Assembly: GCA_041593595.1 (NCBI GenBank) | Contig: JBFHNV010000005.1 | Coordinates: forward strand, 1,539 to 65,538 | Source: Gammaproteobacteria bacterium | GTDB lineage: Bacteria; Pseudomonadota; Gammaproteobacteria; HK1 | Length of the DNA: 64,000 nt | Reading direction: 5' to 3' | Part shown: in pieces, positions 1 through 9,325 of the stretch | Position numbering within the stretch: the stretch's first letter is position 1 | How the letters are laid out: every line of letters starts with the position of its first letter | Program-made: the position numbers and the translations under genes | Notes under the pieces: generated by a model | Database searches by the model: none | Seen by the model: the letters and a program-made list of their open reading frames with translations, nothing else | What the model was told of the DNA's origin: nothing

Positions 1-2
1 AC

Positions 3-230
3 GCGCCGGGACGACTGGTCCCCTTCCTGGTGCGCCACCGCTACCTGGTCCTGGCGCTCGCCCTCAACGTGCCGGGCAACCTGGTGATCGGTGGTGGCGG
101 CGGCATCGCACTCACCGCGGGCGTGAGCAGGCTCTATTCGGTCCCGGGGTTCCTGCTCACCGTCGCCCTGGCGGTGGCGCCGGTGCCGCTGGCGGTGCTG
201 CTGTTCGGGAAGGAGATCCTCACGAGCTGA
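3..230 (+). CDS. C-terminal fragment of an integral membrane protein (ORF open to the window edge)
   Basis: The frame stays open from nt 3. The sequence is a hydrophobic Gly/Ala/Leu/Val-rich helical segment (NVPGNLVIGGGGGIALTAG...LLTVALAVAPVPLAVLLFG). No family was recognised. Confidence 0.4.
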   Translation, partial: APGRLVPFLVRHRYLVLALALNVPGNLVIGGGGGIALTAGVSRLYSVPGFLLTVALAVAPVPLAVLLFGKEILTS

Positions 231-285
231 CGGCGCCGGTTACATCACCGGACAGAACTCGAATCCTCGGGTACCCGGAAGATTG

Positions 286-359
286 TGGAGCGGGTGATGG
301 GAATCGAACCCACGTCATCAGCTTGGGAAGCTGAGGTTCTACCATTGAACTACACCCGC
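286..359 (-). tRNA. tRNA-Gly (anticodon CCC)
   Basis: The reverse complement is GCGGGTGTAGTTCAATGGTAGAACCTCAGCTTCCCAAGCTGATGACGTGGGTTCGATTCCCATCACCCGCTCCA. It has a 7-bp acceptor stem GCGGGTG/CACCCGC, an anticodon stem TCAGC/GCTGA with loop TTCCCAA, a T-loop GGTTCGATTCC and an encoded CCA. Confidence 0.9.
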
Positions 360-451
360 CTCGGGCCGGATTCTAGTTTCCCGCCACGCCGGCGCAAAGC
401 GCCCGGGTGGCGGCCTTGACCACCGCCAGAGCCGGCCCTAGCCTCCCTCTC

Positions 452-652
452 ATGCGCATCCTGGTGAACGGCAAGCCCCGCGACGCCGCCGACGGCCTCA
501 CCGTGGCGGCGCTGCTCGCGGACCTGGCCCTTCAGGGCAAGCGTCTGGCGGTGGAGGTGAACGAGGACATCGTGCCCCGCAGCCGGCACCCGGCCCACGC
601 CCTGCGCGAGGGGGACCGGGTGGAGATCGTGCACGCCATCGGTGGCGGCTGA
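452..652 (+). CDS. thiS: Sulfur-carrier protein ThiS
   Basis: 66 aa, MRILVNGKPRD...EGDRVEIVHAIGGG, with the diagnostic C-terminal GG. It lies directly upstream of thiG. The internal ATG at 452 was chosen over the ORF-track start at 407. Confidence 0.85.
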   Translation: MRILVNGKPRDAADGLTVAALLADLALQGKRLAVEVNEDIVPRSRHPAHALREGDRVEIVHAIGGG

Positions 653-841
653 CTCCTGACCCCCCCCCCGGGTGCCGGGAAAACGGTGCCCGAAGCGCGT
701 GGGACACCTGGCACTGCAGCCCCGCCCCGCCGGCCCCGGGGCCGCCGGACCCGGGGTACCCTTGATGACTCACGGCGCGGCCCGCCCGGCCCCCCGGCGC
801 CCGCGACCCGTCACACCCACAGGACCACTGAGGAATCTGCC

Positions 842-1657
842 ATGGCCGCACTCGAGAGCGCCGTCGCCCAGCCGGCCGCCGACGCGCCGCTGGAGGTGGC
901 CGGGGTGAAGTACCGCTCCCGGCTGCTGGTGGGCACCGGCAAGTACAAGGATTTCGACGAGACCCGCCGGGCCATCGAGGCCAGCGGCGCGGAGATCGTC
1001 ACCGTGGCCATCCGCCGCACCAACATCGGCCAGGATCCCGACGAGCCCAACCTGCTGGACGTGCTGCCGCCGGACCGTTTCACCATCCTGCCCAATACCG
1101 CCGGCTGCTTCGACGCCAGGTCCGCGGTGCGCACCTGCCGCCTGGCCCGCGAGCTGCTGGACGGGCGGGACCTGGTGAAGCTCGAGGTGCTCGGCGATCA
1201 GAAGACCCTGTTCCCCGACATCACCGAGACCCTGGTGGCCGCGAAGGAGCTCATCGACGACGGCTTCAAGGTGATGGTCTACACCAACGACGACCCCATC
1301 GTGGCGAAGCGCCTGGAGGACATGGGCTGCGTCTCGGTGATGCCCCTGGCCGCCCCCATCGGCTCCGGGCTCGGGATCCGCAACCCGTACAACATCCTCA
1401 CCATCGTCGAGAACGCGAACGTGCCGATTCTGGTGGATGCGGGCGTGGGCACCGCCTCGGACGCCGCCATCGCCATGGAGCTCGGCTGCGACGGCGTGCT
1501 CATGAACACCGCCATCGCCGCGGCGAAGAACCCGATCTTGATGGCCTCGGCCATGCGCAAGGCCATCGAGGCCGGCCGCGAGGCCTTCCTCGCGGGCCGC
1601 ATGCCCCGCAAGCGCTACGCCAGCGCGTCGTCACCCATCGAGGGCGTCATCGTCTGA
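842..1657 (+). CDS. thiG: Thiazole synthase ThiG
   Basis: Contains [43 protein letters not shown]...[14 protein letters not shown]...[28 protein letters not shown]. Start set at MAALES (ATG 842). The Arg/Pro-rich extension back to nt 686 looks non-coding. Confidence 0.9.
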   Translation: MAALESAVAQPAADAPLEVAGVKYRSRLLVGTGKYKDFDETRRAIEASGAEIVTVAIRRTNIGQDPDEPNLLDVLPPDRFTILPNTAGCFDARSAVRTCRLARELLDGRDLVKLEVLGDQKTLFPDITETLVAAKELIDDGFKVMVYTNDDPIVAKRLEDMGCVSVMPLAAPIGSGLGIRNPYNILTIVENANVPILVDAGVGTASDAAIAMELGCDGVLMNTAIAAAKNPILMASAMRKAIEAGREAFLAGRMPRKRYASASSPIEGVIV

Positions 1658-1664
1658 CACAGAC

Positions 1665-1764
1665 GGGCTGTCCCAATGGACCGTCCCTGCGCGATGTGCC
1701 CGGAAGTGCGGATCGCGGAGGTCACGATGGGACAGTCCCCTCCGGGGACAGTCCCTGCGCGATG
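1665..1764. repeat. Cluster of GGGAC-N-GTCCC palindromic units and a 19-nt direct repeat in a convergent intergenic spacer
   Basis: The units are GGGCTGTCCC (1665), GGACCGTCCC (1678), GGGACAGTCCCC (1729) and GGGGACAGTCCC (1745). The repeat GGAC[C/A]GTCCCTGCGCGATG occurs at 1678-1696 and 1746-1764. Confidence 0.6.
1729..1757. terminator. Hairpin between the convergent thiG and MBL genes (possible bidirectional terminator)
   Basis: GGGACAGTCCCC-TCC-GGGGACAGTCCC folds into a stem of about 11 bp with one mismatch. There is no clear U-tract. Confidence 0.4.
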
Positions 1765-1775
1765 CGGTCGAGGGC

Positions 1776-2693
1776 TCAGTCCTCGTCCAGCTCGATGATC
1801 ATCCCTTCGCAGGTCTTGTGGCACACCAGCGGGGACTGGCGCTCGCGGATGATGTCGCGGGTGCGCTCGTGCAGCGCGTCCACCCGCTCGTCGTCATACT
1901 CCGGGTCGTAGCTGAACAGGAACAGCTGGCGCGCATTCGCGTCGATGGCGGAGTTGACGGTGTCGATGTAGCAGGAGTGGCCCCAGCCGCGCTTGCGCTT
2001 GTAGTCCTCGGGCGTGTACTGGGCGTCGTGGATGAGGTAGTCCGCGTCTCGCATGAACTCGGTCACGCGCCCGCGCTGCTCCTCCTTCATCGCCTCCAGC
2101 ACGGCGTGCTCGTCTTCGTCGAAGGCGTCGCGCATGTCGTCGATGCGCTGGTTGACGAACAGGATCTCGTTGTCCGGGCAGTAGAGGATCACCTTGCCGT
2201 TGACTTCGATGCGGAAGCCGTAGGTGAGGCCCGGGTGATGCAGCACGAAGGTGGTCAACGTCACCGGCCCCACCGTCACCGGCTCGTCCTGGAACGCGTG
2301 GTAGCGCACGTTGGCGAGCCAGGTCGCGGTCTCCACCGGGAAGTACGGAGCCTGCATCTGCTGGGCAATGTGCGCCTCCAGCTCCTCCGCCGACGGTGCG
2401 GGCCCGTAGAAGTCGATGTCGAAGCCCGGGGTGAACGCGGGCAGGAAGAACGGCAGTCCGGAGATGTGGTCCCAGTGGTAGTGGGTCAGGAAGACCTTCA
2501 GGCGTTCGCGCTCGCGCTCGCGCTTGAGTGCCTGACCGAGCGGGATGATGCCGGTGCCCGCGTCGAGCACCAGCACGTGGCCGTCCACGCGCAGCTCCAC
2601 GCAGGGCGTGTTGCCGCCGATGCGCATGTGGCTAGCGAAGGGCGCCGGGTACGAGCCCCTGACTCCCCAGAATCGGAGATAGTTCGTCGCCAT
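1776..2693 (-). CDS. MBL-fold metallo-hydrolase
   Basis: 305 aa, with the HxHxDH motif in VFLTHYHWDHISGLPFF and an N-terminus LRFWGVRGSYP...GGNTPCVEL..VLDAGTG. It starts 18 nt downstream of the receiver gene on the same strand. Confidence 0.8.
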   Translation of the reverse strand: MATNYLRFWGVRGSYPAPFASHMRIGGNTPCVELRVDGHVLVLDAGTGIIPLGQALKRERERERLKVFLTHYHWDHISGLPFFLPAFTPGFDIDFYGPAPSAEELEAHIAQQMQAPYFPVETATWLANVRYHAFQDEPVTVGPVTLTTFVLHHPGLTYGFRIEVNGKVILYCPDNEILFVNQRIDDMRDAFDEDEHAVLEAMKEEQRGRVTEFMRDADYLIHDAQYTPEDYKRKRGWGHSCYIDTVNSAIDANARQLFLFSYDPEYDDERVDALHERTRDIIRERQSPLVCHKTCEGMIIELDED

Positions 2694-2711
2694 GGTGGAT
2701 GAACCGGGACG

Positions 2712-3104
2712 CTACGGGGCGCGCCGTTCCGCTCCCGTGTACTTCTCGATCACGTCACGGATCTCCTGCGAGCGCACCGGCTTGATGAGGTATTCCAGGG
2801 CGCCCAGCTTCTTCGCCATGGTGCGGTCCTGGTCGTAGTCCTTGGTGGTCATGACCACGACCGGCGTGGCCGAGTGATGCTCGAGCTCACGCAGCCTGCG
2901 CAACAGGCTCAGCCCGTCGGTCTCGCGCATGAGGTTGCCCAGGAACACCAGGTCCGCCCCGTTCTCCCGCAGGTAGCGGAAACCCTCGCGGGGCGATTCG
3001 AAGGTGGTCAGGGACACGGCAAGAGCCTCGACGCCACGCTCGTACAGGGTGATGGACGCTCGGCTGTCGTCGATGACCACGATCACTGGCCGTTTCCCAG
3101 TCAT
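2712..3104 (-). CDS. Single-domain response-regulator receiver lacking the phospho-acceptor Asp (aspartate-less receiver)
   Basis: 130 aa. The acidic pair VVIDDS, the T in VVVMTTKD and the K in LIKPV are present. The segment ADLVFLGNLMRETDG aligns to CheY FVISDWNMPNMDG and places Gly where D57 should be. Confidence 0.8.
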   Translation of the reverse strand: MTGKRPVIVVIDDSRASITLYERGVEALAVSLTTFESPREGFRYLRENGADLVFLGNLMRETDGLSLLRRLRELEHHSATPVVVMTTKDYDQDRTMAKKLGALEYLIKPVRSQEIRDVIEKYTGAERRAP

Positions 3105-3270
3105 CCCGAAGCCACCCCGATACCGCCCTCACGCAGGTTCCGAAAATTGTGCGATCGCTTACCCCCGGCCGTGTAATGTACCAGCTTTCTCCCCGGGCGT
3201 TAACGGATTTCCCCAGGCGCTTCATAGGCTTGGAAATGGTACCTCAGGCGGGAAGGAAAGGCTTGCAAAT

Positions 3271-3978
3271 GTGACCTCAGCACCCGGCGAGGAGCGGCCG
3301 CCGCGCCCGGTGCGCAGCTTCGTGCGCCGGGCCGGACGCGTGACCCGGGCCCAGGCACGGGCGCTCGAGGATCTGTGGCCGCGCTACGGCGTGCCCGGCG
3401 AAGGCCCGCTGGATCTGGATCACCTGTTCGGCCGCCGCGCACCGCGCTACCTGGAGATCGGCTTCGGCATGGGTGACGCCCTGGCCACCATGGCGGCCGA
3501 GCACCCGCAGCGGGACTACCTGGGGATCGAGGTGCACGAGGCGGGGATCGGCCGGCTGCTGTCACTGGCCGGCAAGGCGCGGCTGGCCAACCTGCGGGTG
3601 GTGCGCGGCGATGCCGCGGAGGTGTTGCGACACCGGCTGCCGGACGCGGCGCTGGACGCGGTGCTGGTGTTCTTTCCGGACCCCTGGCCGAAGAAGCGCC
3701 ACCACAAGCGGCGCCTGATCCAGGCGCCCTTCGTGGATCTGCTGGCACGCCGCCTGAAGCCGGGCGGGCTGCTGCAGCTCGCCACCGACTGGGCACCCTA
3801 CGCAGCGCAGATGCTCGCCGTGATCGAGGCCCACGGGGCGTTCACGAACCTGGCCGGCCCGGGACGCTGCGCCGCCGGGCCGGGGGAGCGTCCCGAGACG
3901 AAATTCCAGCGCCGGGGCGAGCGGCTGGGGCACACCATCGTCGACCTGGCCTTCCGCCGCGCGGGCGATCCCTCGTAA
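3271..3978 (+). CDS. trmB: tRNA (guanine-N7)-methyltransferase TrmB
   Basis: Contains RSFVRRAGRVTRAQARALEDLWPRYG...YLEIGFGMGDALATMA...GIEVH...FFPDPWPKKRHHKRRL. GTG 3271 was chosen as the start; the track ORF start at 3004 would overlap the receiver gene. Confidence 0.85.
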   Translation: MTSAPGEERPPRPVRSFVRRAGRVTRAQARALEDLWPRYGVPGEGPLDLDHLFGRRAPRYLEIGFGMGDALATMAAEHPQRDYLGIEVHEAGIGRLLSLAGKARLANLRVVRGDAAEVLRHRLPDAALDAVLVFFPDPWPKKRHHKRRLIQAPFVDLLARRLKPGGLLQLATDWAPYAAQMLAVIEAHGAFTNLAGPGRCAAGPGERPETKFQRRGERLGHTIVDLAFRRAGDPS

Positions 3979-4010
3979 CGCTGACGGGTGCGGCAGCGCC
4001 ACGGCGCCGG

Positions 4011-4664
4011 TCACGGCGGCATGATGTCCTGGAATCGCGACACCGCGGGAAACTCGCCGGTGTCGCGCCGCGGGCCCCGGCTGTCGGGCTCGCTCACCGC
4101 CAGCAGGTGCGCGATGCCGTATGCCTTCGCGGCGCGCAGCACCGGCAGGGAATCGTCGAGGAACAGTGTTCGCTGCGGGTCGAAGGGGTGCAGCGCATCC
4201 AGCCGCGGCCAGAAGTGGGTGCTCTCCTTGGGATGCCCCAGGTCGTGGGAGCACACGGTGGTGTCCAGCAGCCGGTCCAGGCCGGTGCGCTCCAGCTTCA
4301 GCGCCAGGCTGCGGGCATGGGCGTTGGTGATGAGCAGCGCCCGGCGTTGGCGCCGGCGCAGCCGCTCGAGGAACTCCCGCGCGCCGTCGCGAAAGCGGAT
4401 CAGGTGCGCGAGCTCCCGCTTCAGCTCCGCCACGTCCAGGTCCAGCTCGCGGCTCCAGTAGTCCAGGCAGTACCACTCCAGCGTGCCCTCCACCCGCCGC
4501 AGGCGCGGCTCGATGGCGCGCCAGGCGGCGTCCCGATCCAGGCCCCGGCGCCGTCCGTAGGCACTCGGCAGGTGGTGCAGCCAGAACCGGGTGTCGAAGT
4601 GCAGGTCGAGCAGCGTGCCGTCCATGTCCAGGAGCACGGTGTCGATCCGGGTCCAGTCCAGCAT
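4011..4664 (-). CDS. yrfG: HAD-family hydrolase, YrfG-like GMP/IMP nucleotidase
   Basis: Contains IDTVLLDMDGTLLDLHFDTRFW...EWYCLDYWSRELDLD...LITNAH...LFLDDS. It is close to my recollection of E. coli YrfG over its full length. Confidence 0.75.
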   Translation of the reverse strand: MLDWTRIDTVLLDMDGTLLDLHFDTRFWLHHLPSAYGRRRGLDRDAAWRAIEPRLRRVEGTLEWYCLDYWSRELDLDVAELKRELAHLIRFRDGAREFLERLRRRQRRALLITNAHARSLALKLERTGLDRLLDTTVCSHDLGHPKESTHFWPRLDALHPFDPQRTLFLDDSLPVLRAAKAYGIAHLLAVSEPDSRGPRRDTGEFPAVSRFQDIMPP

Positions 4665-4770
4665 GGTCCAAAGGTTAACCGGGTCATGCCGTAGCAGCCA
4701 CGAGCGCGCAGCGAGGACCTCGGGATGCCGGAAAACGCGCGTCGGCAGCGCGCGATACGCTCGCGAGCTG

Positions 4771-5378
4771 TCAGCTCCGCAGCAGCCCGCGGCGCGCGTG
4801 CTCCAGCTGCAGCGCGTGCACGTGGCGGATGATCAGCTCGCGGTCGTCCTCGTGGACGTCGGAGTAGTCCACGGCCACCACGAAGCGCCCGCCGGCGCGG
4901 TTGGGGCGCGCGAGCTCGCGCACCCACACCACCTTGGCGATCAGGGTCAGGCAGTTGCGCGACGGGAAGAGCTGCAGGTTCAGCTCCACGTGGCTGCCCC
5001 GGGCGAGTGTTTCGCCGTGGGTGAAGCGCATGCCGTTGCCGCTGATGTTCACGTCGTGGGTGGGGCGGTCCGGGGCGAGCTGCTGCTCGTGGTTGAGGAG
5101 CCGCACCAGCCGCTCCAGCCGGTCCTCGAGCCCCTGGATGTACGCGCCGATGGCCGGGTCCGCGTCGGTGATGTTGCGCAGGGCTCCGCGCTGGCTCTCG
5201 CCGGCGGCGATGATGCTGTTCAGCGTGCGCCGCCGATCTAGCTCCGAGCGGGCCCGCGCGCGGGCGTCGCGGTACTCGCGCTCGCTCAGCGGCCTCACCG
5301 CCAGCGCGATCCGGTCGTTGATGCGATAGCTCCCGCGGCGGTTGCGTGCGGCCGCCTCCTCGGCGGCGGTGGCGGTGC

Positions 5379-5382
<4 letters not shown>
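4771..5382 (-). CDS. PilZ-domain c-di-GMP receptor candidate, translationally coupled to motB
   Basis: 203 aa. RxxxR (RGSYR, aa 16-20) and D/NxSxxG (DVNISGNG, aa ~110) are separated by a charged helical segment of about 90 aa. Its start ATG overlaps the motB stop (ATGA at 5379-5382). Confidence 0.65.
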
Positions 5383-6461
<1,079 letters not shown>

Positions 6462-6482
6462 GTCGGGCCGCCGCGGCGCGGA

Positions 6483-7256
6483 TCAGGCCGCGGCGGCGCC
6501 GGCGGCGGCCAGCTCGCGGTTGTTCTCGGGCAGGAACGCTACCAGCGACTGCTGCAGCACCCGCGGGTTGGTGCCCTCCTGGATCGCGGTCACGGATTCC
6601 AGGATCAGCAGCTTGTTGAGCCGGTCCTCGTTCATGATCAGGCGCAGCTTCTCGGCGATGGGGATGGCGAAGGCGTTGGCGATGACCGCGCCGTAGAGCG
6701 TGGTGAGCAGCGCCACCGCCATGGCCGGTCCGATCTTCTTCGGGTCGTCCATGTTCGAGAGCATCTGCACCAGGCCGATGAGGGTTCCGATCATGCCCAT
6801 GGCGGGCGCCGCGTCGCCGATGGCCACGAACATCTTGACGCCCATGTCCTGGCGCTCGAGGTTGAGGTCGATCTCGCGCTCGAGCATCGCGGTGACGGTC
6901 TCGGGCGGGTGGCCGTCGATGCACAGATCGATGCCCTGCTTGAGAAAGGGGTGGCCGATGTCGCGGCCCTCCAGCGCCAGGATGCCCTCCTTGCGCGCCA
7001 CGTTGGACAGCTCCACCGCCTCCGCGATCAGCTCCTGCGGCAGGTGCTTCTTGTGCATGAAGGCCTTGATGCCGACCTTGAAGGAACCGAGGAAGTGCTT
7101 GAGCGAGACCCGGGTCAGGGTTACCGCGACGGTCCCGCCCACCACGATCATGACGCTGGGCATGTTGAGGAAGATCGGTGCGCTGCCGCCCATGAAGATG
7201 GAGGCGACGATGACGCCGAGTCCGCCGATGATGCCGAGAAGTGTTGCGAGATCCAC
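6483..7256 (-). CDS. motA: Flagellar stator protein MotA/PomA/MotC
   Basis: Contains VDLATLLGIIGGLGVIVASIFMGG...IGDAAPAMGMIGTLIGLVQML...AVALLTTLYGAVIAN. GTG 7256 is preceded by AGGAA. The track start at 7352 would run through the promoter. Confidence 0.85.
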   Translation of the reverse strand: MDLATLLGIIGGLGVIVASIFMGGSAPIFLNMPSVMIVVGGTVAVTLTRVSLKHFLGSFKVGIKAFMHKKHLPQELIAEAVELSNVARKEGILALEGRDIGHPFLKQGIDLCIDGHPPETVTAMLEREIDLNLERQDMGVKMFVAIGDAAPAMGMIGTLIGLVQMLSNMDDPKKIGPAMAVALLTTLYGAVIANAFAIPIAEKLRLIMNEDRLNKLLILESVTAIQEGTNPRVLQQSLVAFLPENNRELAAAGAAAA

Positions 7257-7357
7257 GGTTCGATGTTCCTGTTGCCGTATGCCCTGCCGCGCCGGTTGTT
7301 CGCGGGCGCCCGGTGCCCCGCGCCGGGTGGCGCGAGGGCCCACGCCCTGCACCTTTC

Positions 7358-7386
7358 TTATCGGCTGGCGGGGGGCGGGCCTTTAA
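7358..7386 (-). promoter_or_regulatory. Sigma-28 (FliA)-type promoter upstream of motA
   Basis: The minus strand reads TTAAAG-N15-GCCGATAA (TAAA-N16-GCCGATAA), about 100 nt upstream of the motA start. Confidence 0.55.
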
Positions 7387-7411
7387 GCGCGCGGGCTCTC
7401 GCGGCGCAACG

Positions 7412-7436
7412 AAAAACGGCGCCCGCGGGCGCCGTT
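7412..7436 (-). terminator. Rho-independent terminator after flgN
   Basis: The minus strand reads AAACGGCGCC-CGCG-GGCGCCGTTTTT, a GC-rich stem followed by a T-run, 35 nt after the flgN stop. Confidence 0.65.
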
Positions 7437-7470
7437 TCCGGGACCCCGGCACGCAGGCCGGGGCAGGGTG

Positions 7471-7983
7471 TCAGGCGCGTACCGTGAGCCGGTCGCCGGC
7501 GACACCCCCGGCCGGCCGGCCGCCGCGGCCGTACATGGCCGGGGCGGGCGCGTTGCCCGGCACGGCACCGTGCAGCGTGTCGAGGGCGCGCCGGGCGTGG
7601 CTGAGGCCCACGCTCACCAGCACCCCGTTGTCCTGGTTTGCCTGCTGGCAATCCCGTGTGAGTTCGACCAGGCGGTCCACCCGCTCGGCCAGCGACGGGT
7701 GCGATTCGCGCAGCGCCGCCACGTGCTGCGGTAGCGAGTCGCCGGCGGCGTCGATGCCGGCCAGGGCCTCGCGCAGGCCGCCGTACAGCACGGCCACCTG
7801 CTCCACCGCCGCGTCCTTGTCCTCGGCCACCTGCTCGAGCACCTCGGGGGCGGCGCGGCCGCGCAGGCCGTCGCGCTCCCGCGCGAGCAGTGTCTGCAGG
7901 GCCTGCAGCGCGCCGCTGATGGCGTCCACGCGGGACTCGATCGTGTCCGCCTGCGCCGCGGTGAGCGTCAGGGTGGCGCTCAC
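7471..7983 (-). CDS. flgN: Flagellar chaperone FlgN
   Basis: 170 aa, helical. Its position after flgM with a GTGA overlap fits flgN. Contains LQALQTLLARERDGL...LEQVAEDKDAAVEQV...CQQANQDNGVLV. Confidence 0.7.
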   Translation of the reverse strand: MSATLTLTAAQADTIESRVDAISGALQALQTLLARERDGLRGRAAPEVLEQVAEDKDAAVEQVAVLYGGLREALAGIDAAGDSLPQHVAALRESHPSLAERVDRLVELTRDCQQANQDNGVLVSVGLSHARRALDTLHGAVPGNAPAPAMYGRGGRPAGGVAGDRLTVRA

Positions 7984-8294
7984 GGCAGCTGCGATTCCAT
8001 GGCCAGCAGCTTCTCGGCGATGCGCTCGGCGTTCACCTCGAAGCGGCCGCCGGCCAGGGCGTCCTTCATCTCCTGCACCCGGGAGGCGTCGAACTCGGGC
8101 GTCTTCGACAGCTCCTTCTCGAGCGCCCGCAGCGCCTGGGCGCGGCCGGTGAGGTCGAGCTTGTCGGCGGACTGCTCACCGCCGGAGGCGGCGGCGCTGC
8201 CGGAGCGGCCGTCACCCGCGCCGTCGGCGCGGCGGTCCGCCACCCGGTGGAAAGCGCCGTCCACCACGGGGTCGATGGAGTTGGTCATCGTCAT
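7980..8294 (-). CDS. flgM: Anti-sigma-28 factor FlgM
   Basis: Contains MTMTNSIDPV...DKLDLTGRAQALRALEKELSKTPEFDASRVQEMKDALAGGRFEVNAERIAEKLL. The start at 8294 has GGAG 6 nt upstream. Confidence 0.8.
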   Translation of the reverse strand: MTMTNSIDPVVDGAFHRVADRRADGAGDGRSGSAAASGGEQSADKLDLTGRAQALRALEKELSKTPEFDASRVQEMKDALAGGRFEVNAERIAEKLLAMESQLP

Positions 8295-8321
8295 TGCGCT
8301 CCAGGAGTTCTCTGTCCTCAT

Positions 8322-8348
8322 GTATCGGCCGTGCGCGGGGTTTCTTTA
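8322..8348 (-). promoter_or_regulatory. Sigma-28-type promoter upstream of flgM
   Basis: The minus strand reads TAAAG-N14-GCCGATAC (TAAA-N15-GCCGATAC) in the flgA-flgM spacer, ending 28 nt before the flgM ATG. Confidence 0.6.
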
Positions 8349-8383
8349 CCGGCTACGGAACCGCTCGAGGTTCGGGTCGTAAT

Positions 8384-9127
8384 TTACCGCGCCGCGGAGA
8401 GTTTCTGCGGCCCGCGGAGAAAACCCAGGCGCACCAGGGCGGCGCCCACCACGACCCCTTCCACCACCCGGCGCGAGGCCGGATTGCGCACCTGGACGGT
8501 ATCCCCGAGAGCGCCGTCCTCGAGGGCGACGCCCGACATGGTGATGGTGACGCCCGCGCCTTCCACCGCCATGCGGACCCGCCGGCCGCGCTCCACCAGC
8601 ACCGGTGCCTCCAGCAGCCCGCTGTCCAGCACGCGTCCCGCGGGCACCGGGCGGGTCAGCACGTAGCCCACCAGTGGCTCGGGATCCGTGGCCGCGTGGG
8701 TCCGCAGCCGGCCCACGTCGCGGCGGTCCAGCGCCAGGTCCTCGCGGGACAGGCGCTGGCCCCGTGCCAGCGGCCGGGCGGCCACCACCACCTCGCGCAT
8801 CAGCTTCACCCGGGTGGGCACGTAGAGCTTCCACGGCCGGGCGCCGTCGCAGCGCACGCCCACGGTCACGTGCCCCACGCTGGCCGAGCCCGGCGCCCAG
8901 AACGCCTCCAGGGGTCGCTCGCAGGGCGCCAGCCGCAACCGCCGATCCAGGGGGTCCGGGACCACCCGGAGCTCCGCATCGACGGGGTGGTTGGCCTGCA
9001 CGAAGGCGATCACGGCCTCGTGCACTGCCGGCAGGTGCTGGCGTTCAGCGCCCTGCACGCGGCCGGGTATGAGCAGCGTGGCGGCCAGCAGCCAGGCGGT
9101 CGACAAGAGTTTGACTTCGCGGTTCAC
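8384..9127 (-). CDS. flgA: Flagellar P-ring assembly chaperone FlgA
   Basis: Has a signal peptide (LLSTAWLLAATLLIPGRVQG) and a SAF-like C-terminus LTRPVPAGRVL...VERGRRVRMAV...ITMSGVALEDGALGDTVQVRN. GTG start. Confidence 0.8.
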   Translation of the reverse strand: MNREVKLLSTAWLLAATLLIPGRVQGAERQHLPAVHEAVIAFVQANHPVDAELRVVPDPLDRRLRLAPCERPLEAFWAPGSASVGHVTVGVRCDGARPWKLYVPTRVKLMREVVVAARPLARGQRLSREDLALDRRDVGRLRTHAATDPEPLVGYVLTRPVPAGRVLDSGLLEAPVLVERGRRVRMAVEGAGVTITMSGVALEDGALGDTVQVRNPASRRVVEGVVVGAALVRLGFLRGPQKLSAAR

Positions 9128-9183
9128 GGTTCCACCGGTTTCTGTCGGTTACGGCGCTCCCGGGCGCCTCCCGCTGCAGCAAA

Positions 9184-9198
9184 GCAACAAGCGTGCCG
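9184..9198 (-). promoter_or_regulatory. Sigma-54 promoter for flgA
   Basis: The minus strand reads cGGCAC-GCTTG-TTGC, with the -12 GC about 57 nt upstream of the flgA start. Confidence 0.6.
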
Positions 9199-9270
9199 CC
9201 GCGCCCCGGGCGCGGGCGCGACCTTGTATATCGGCCGCTCGCGCCTTCCCCTGCAGTCGCGGCACGGCCC

Positions 9271-9285
9271 TGGCACGGTGCTTGC
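9271..9285 (+). promoter_or_regulatory. Sigma-54 promoter for flgBCDE...
   Basis: TGGCAC-GGTGC-TTGC is a perfect -24/-12 match, 41 nt upstream of the flgB GTG. Confidence 0.75.
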
Positions 9286-9325
9286 TTCCGCCCCCGTGAC
9301 GACACACCAGCGAGCGAACCGTCAA

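Noticed and set aside
286-359. tRNA-Gly as a possible integration site for a genomic island.
   Set aside because: No integrase, transposase, phage or plasmid genes are in the window, and I did not see a direct repeat of the tRNA 3' end. This was checked by eye only, not exhaustively.
3004-3270. N-terminal 89-aa extension of the trmB ORF, and the similar 52-aa extension of thiG at 686-841.
   Set aside because: The trmB extension overlaps the well-supported receiver gene on the other strand or is Arg/Pro-rich low complexity. Conserved TrmB and ThiG sequence begins only after the chosen internal starts.
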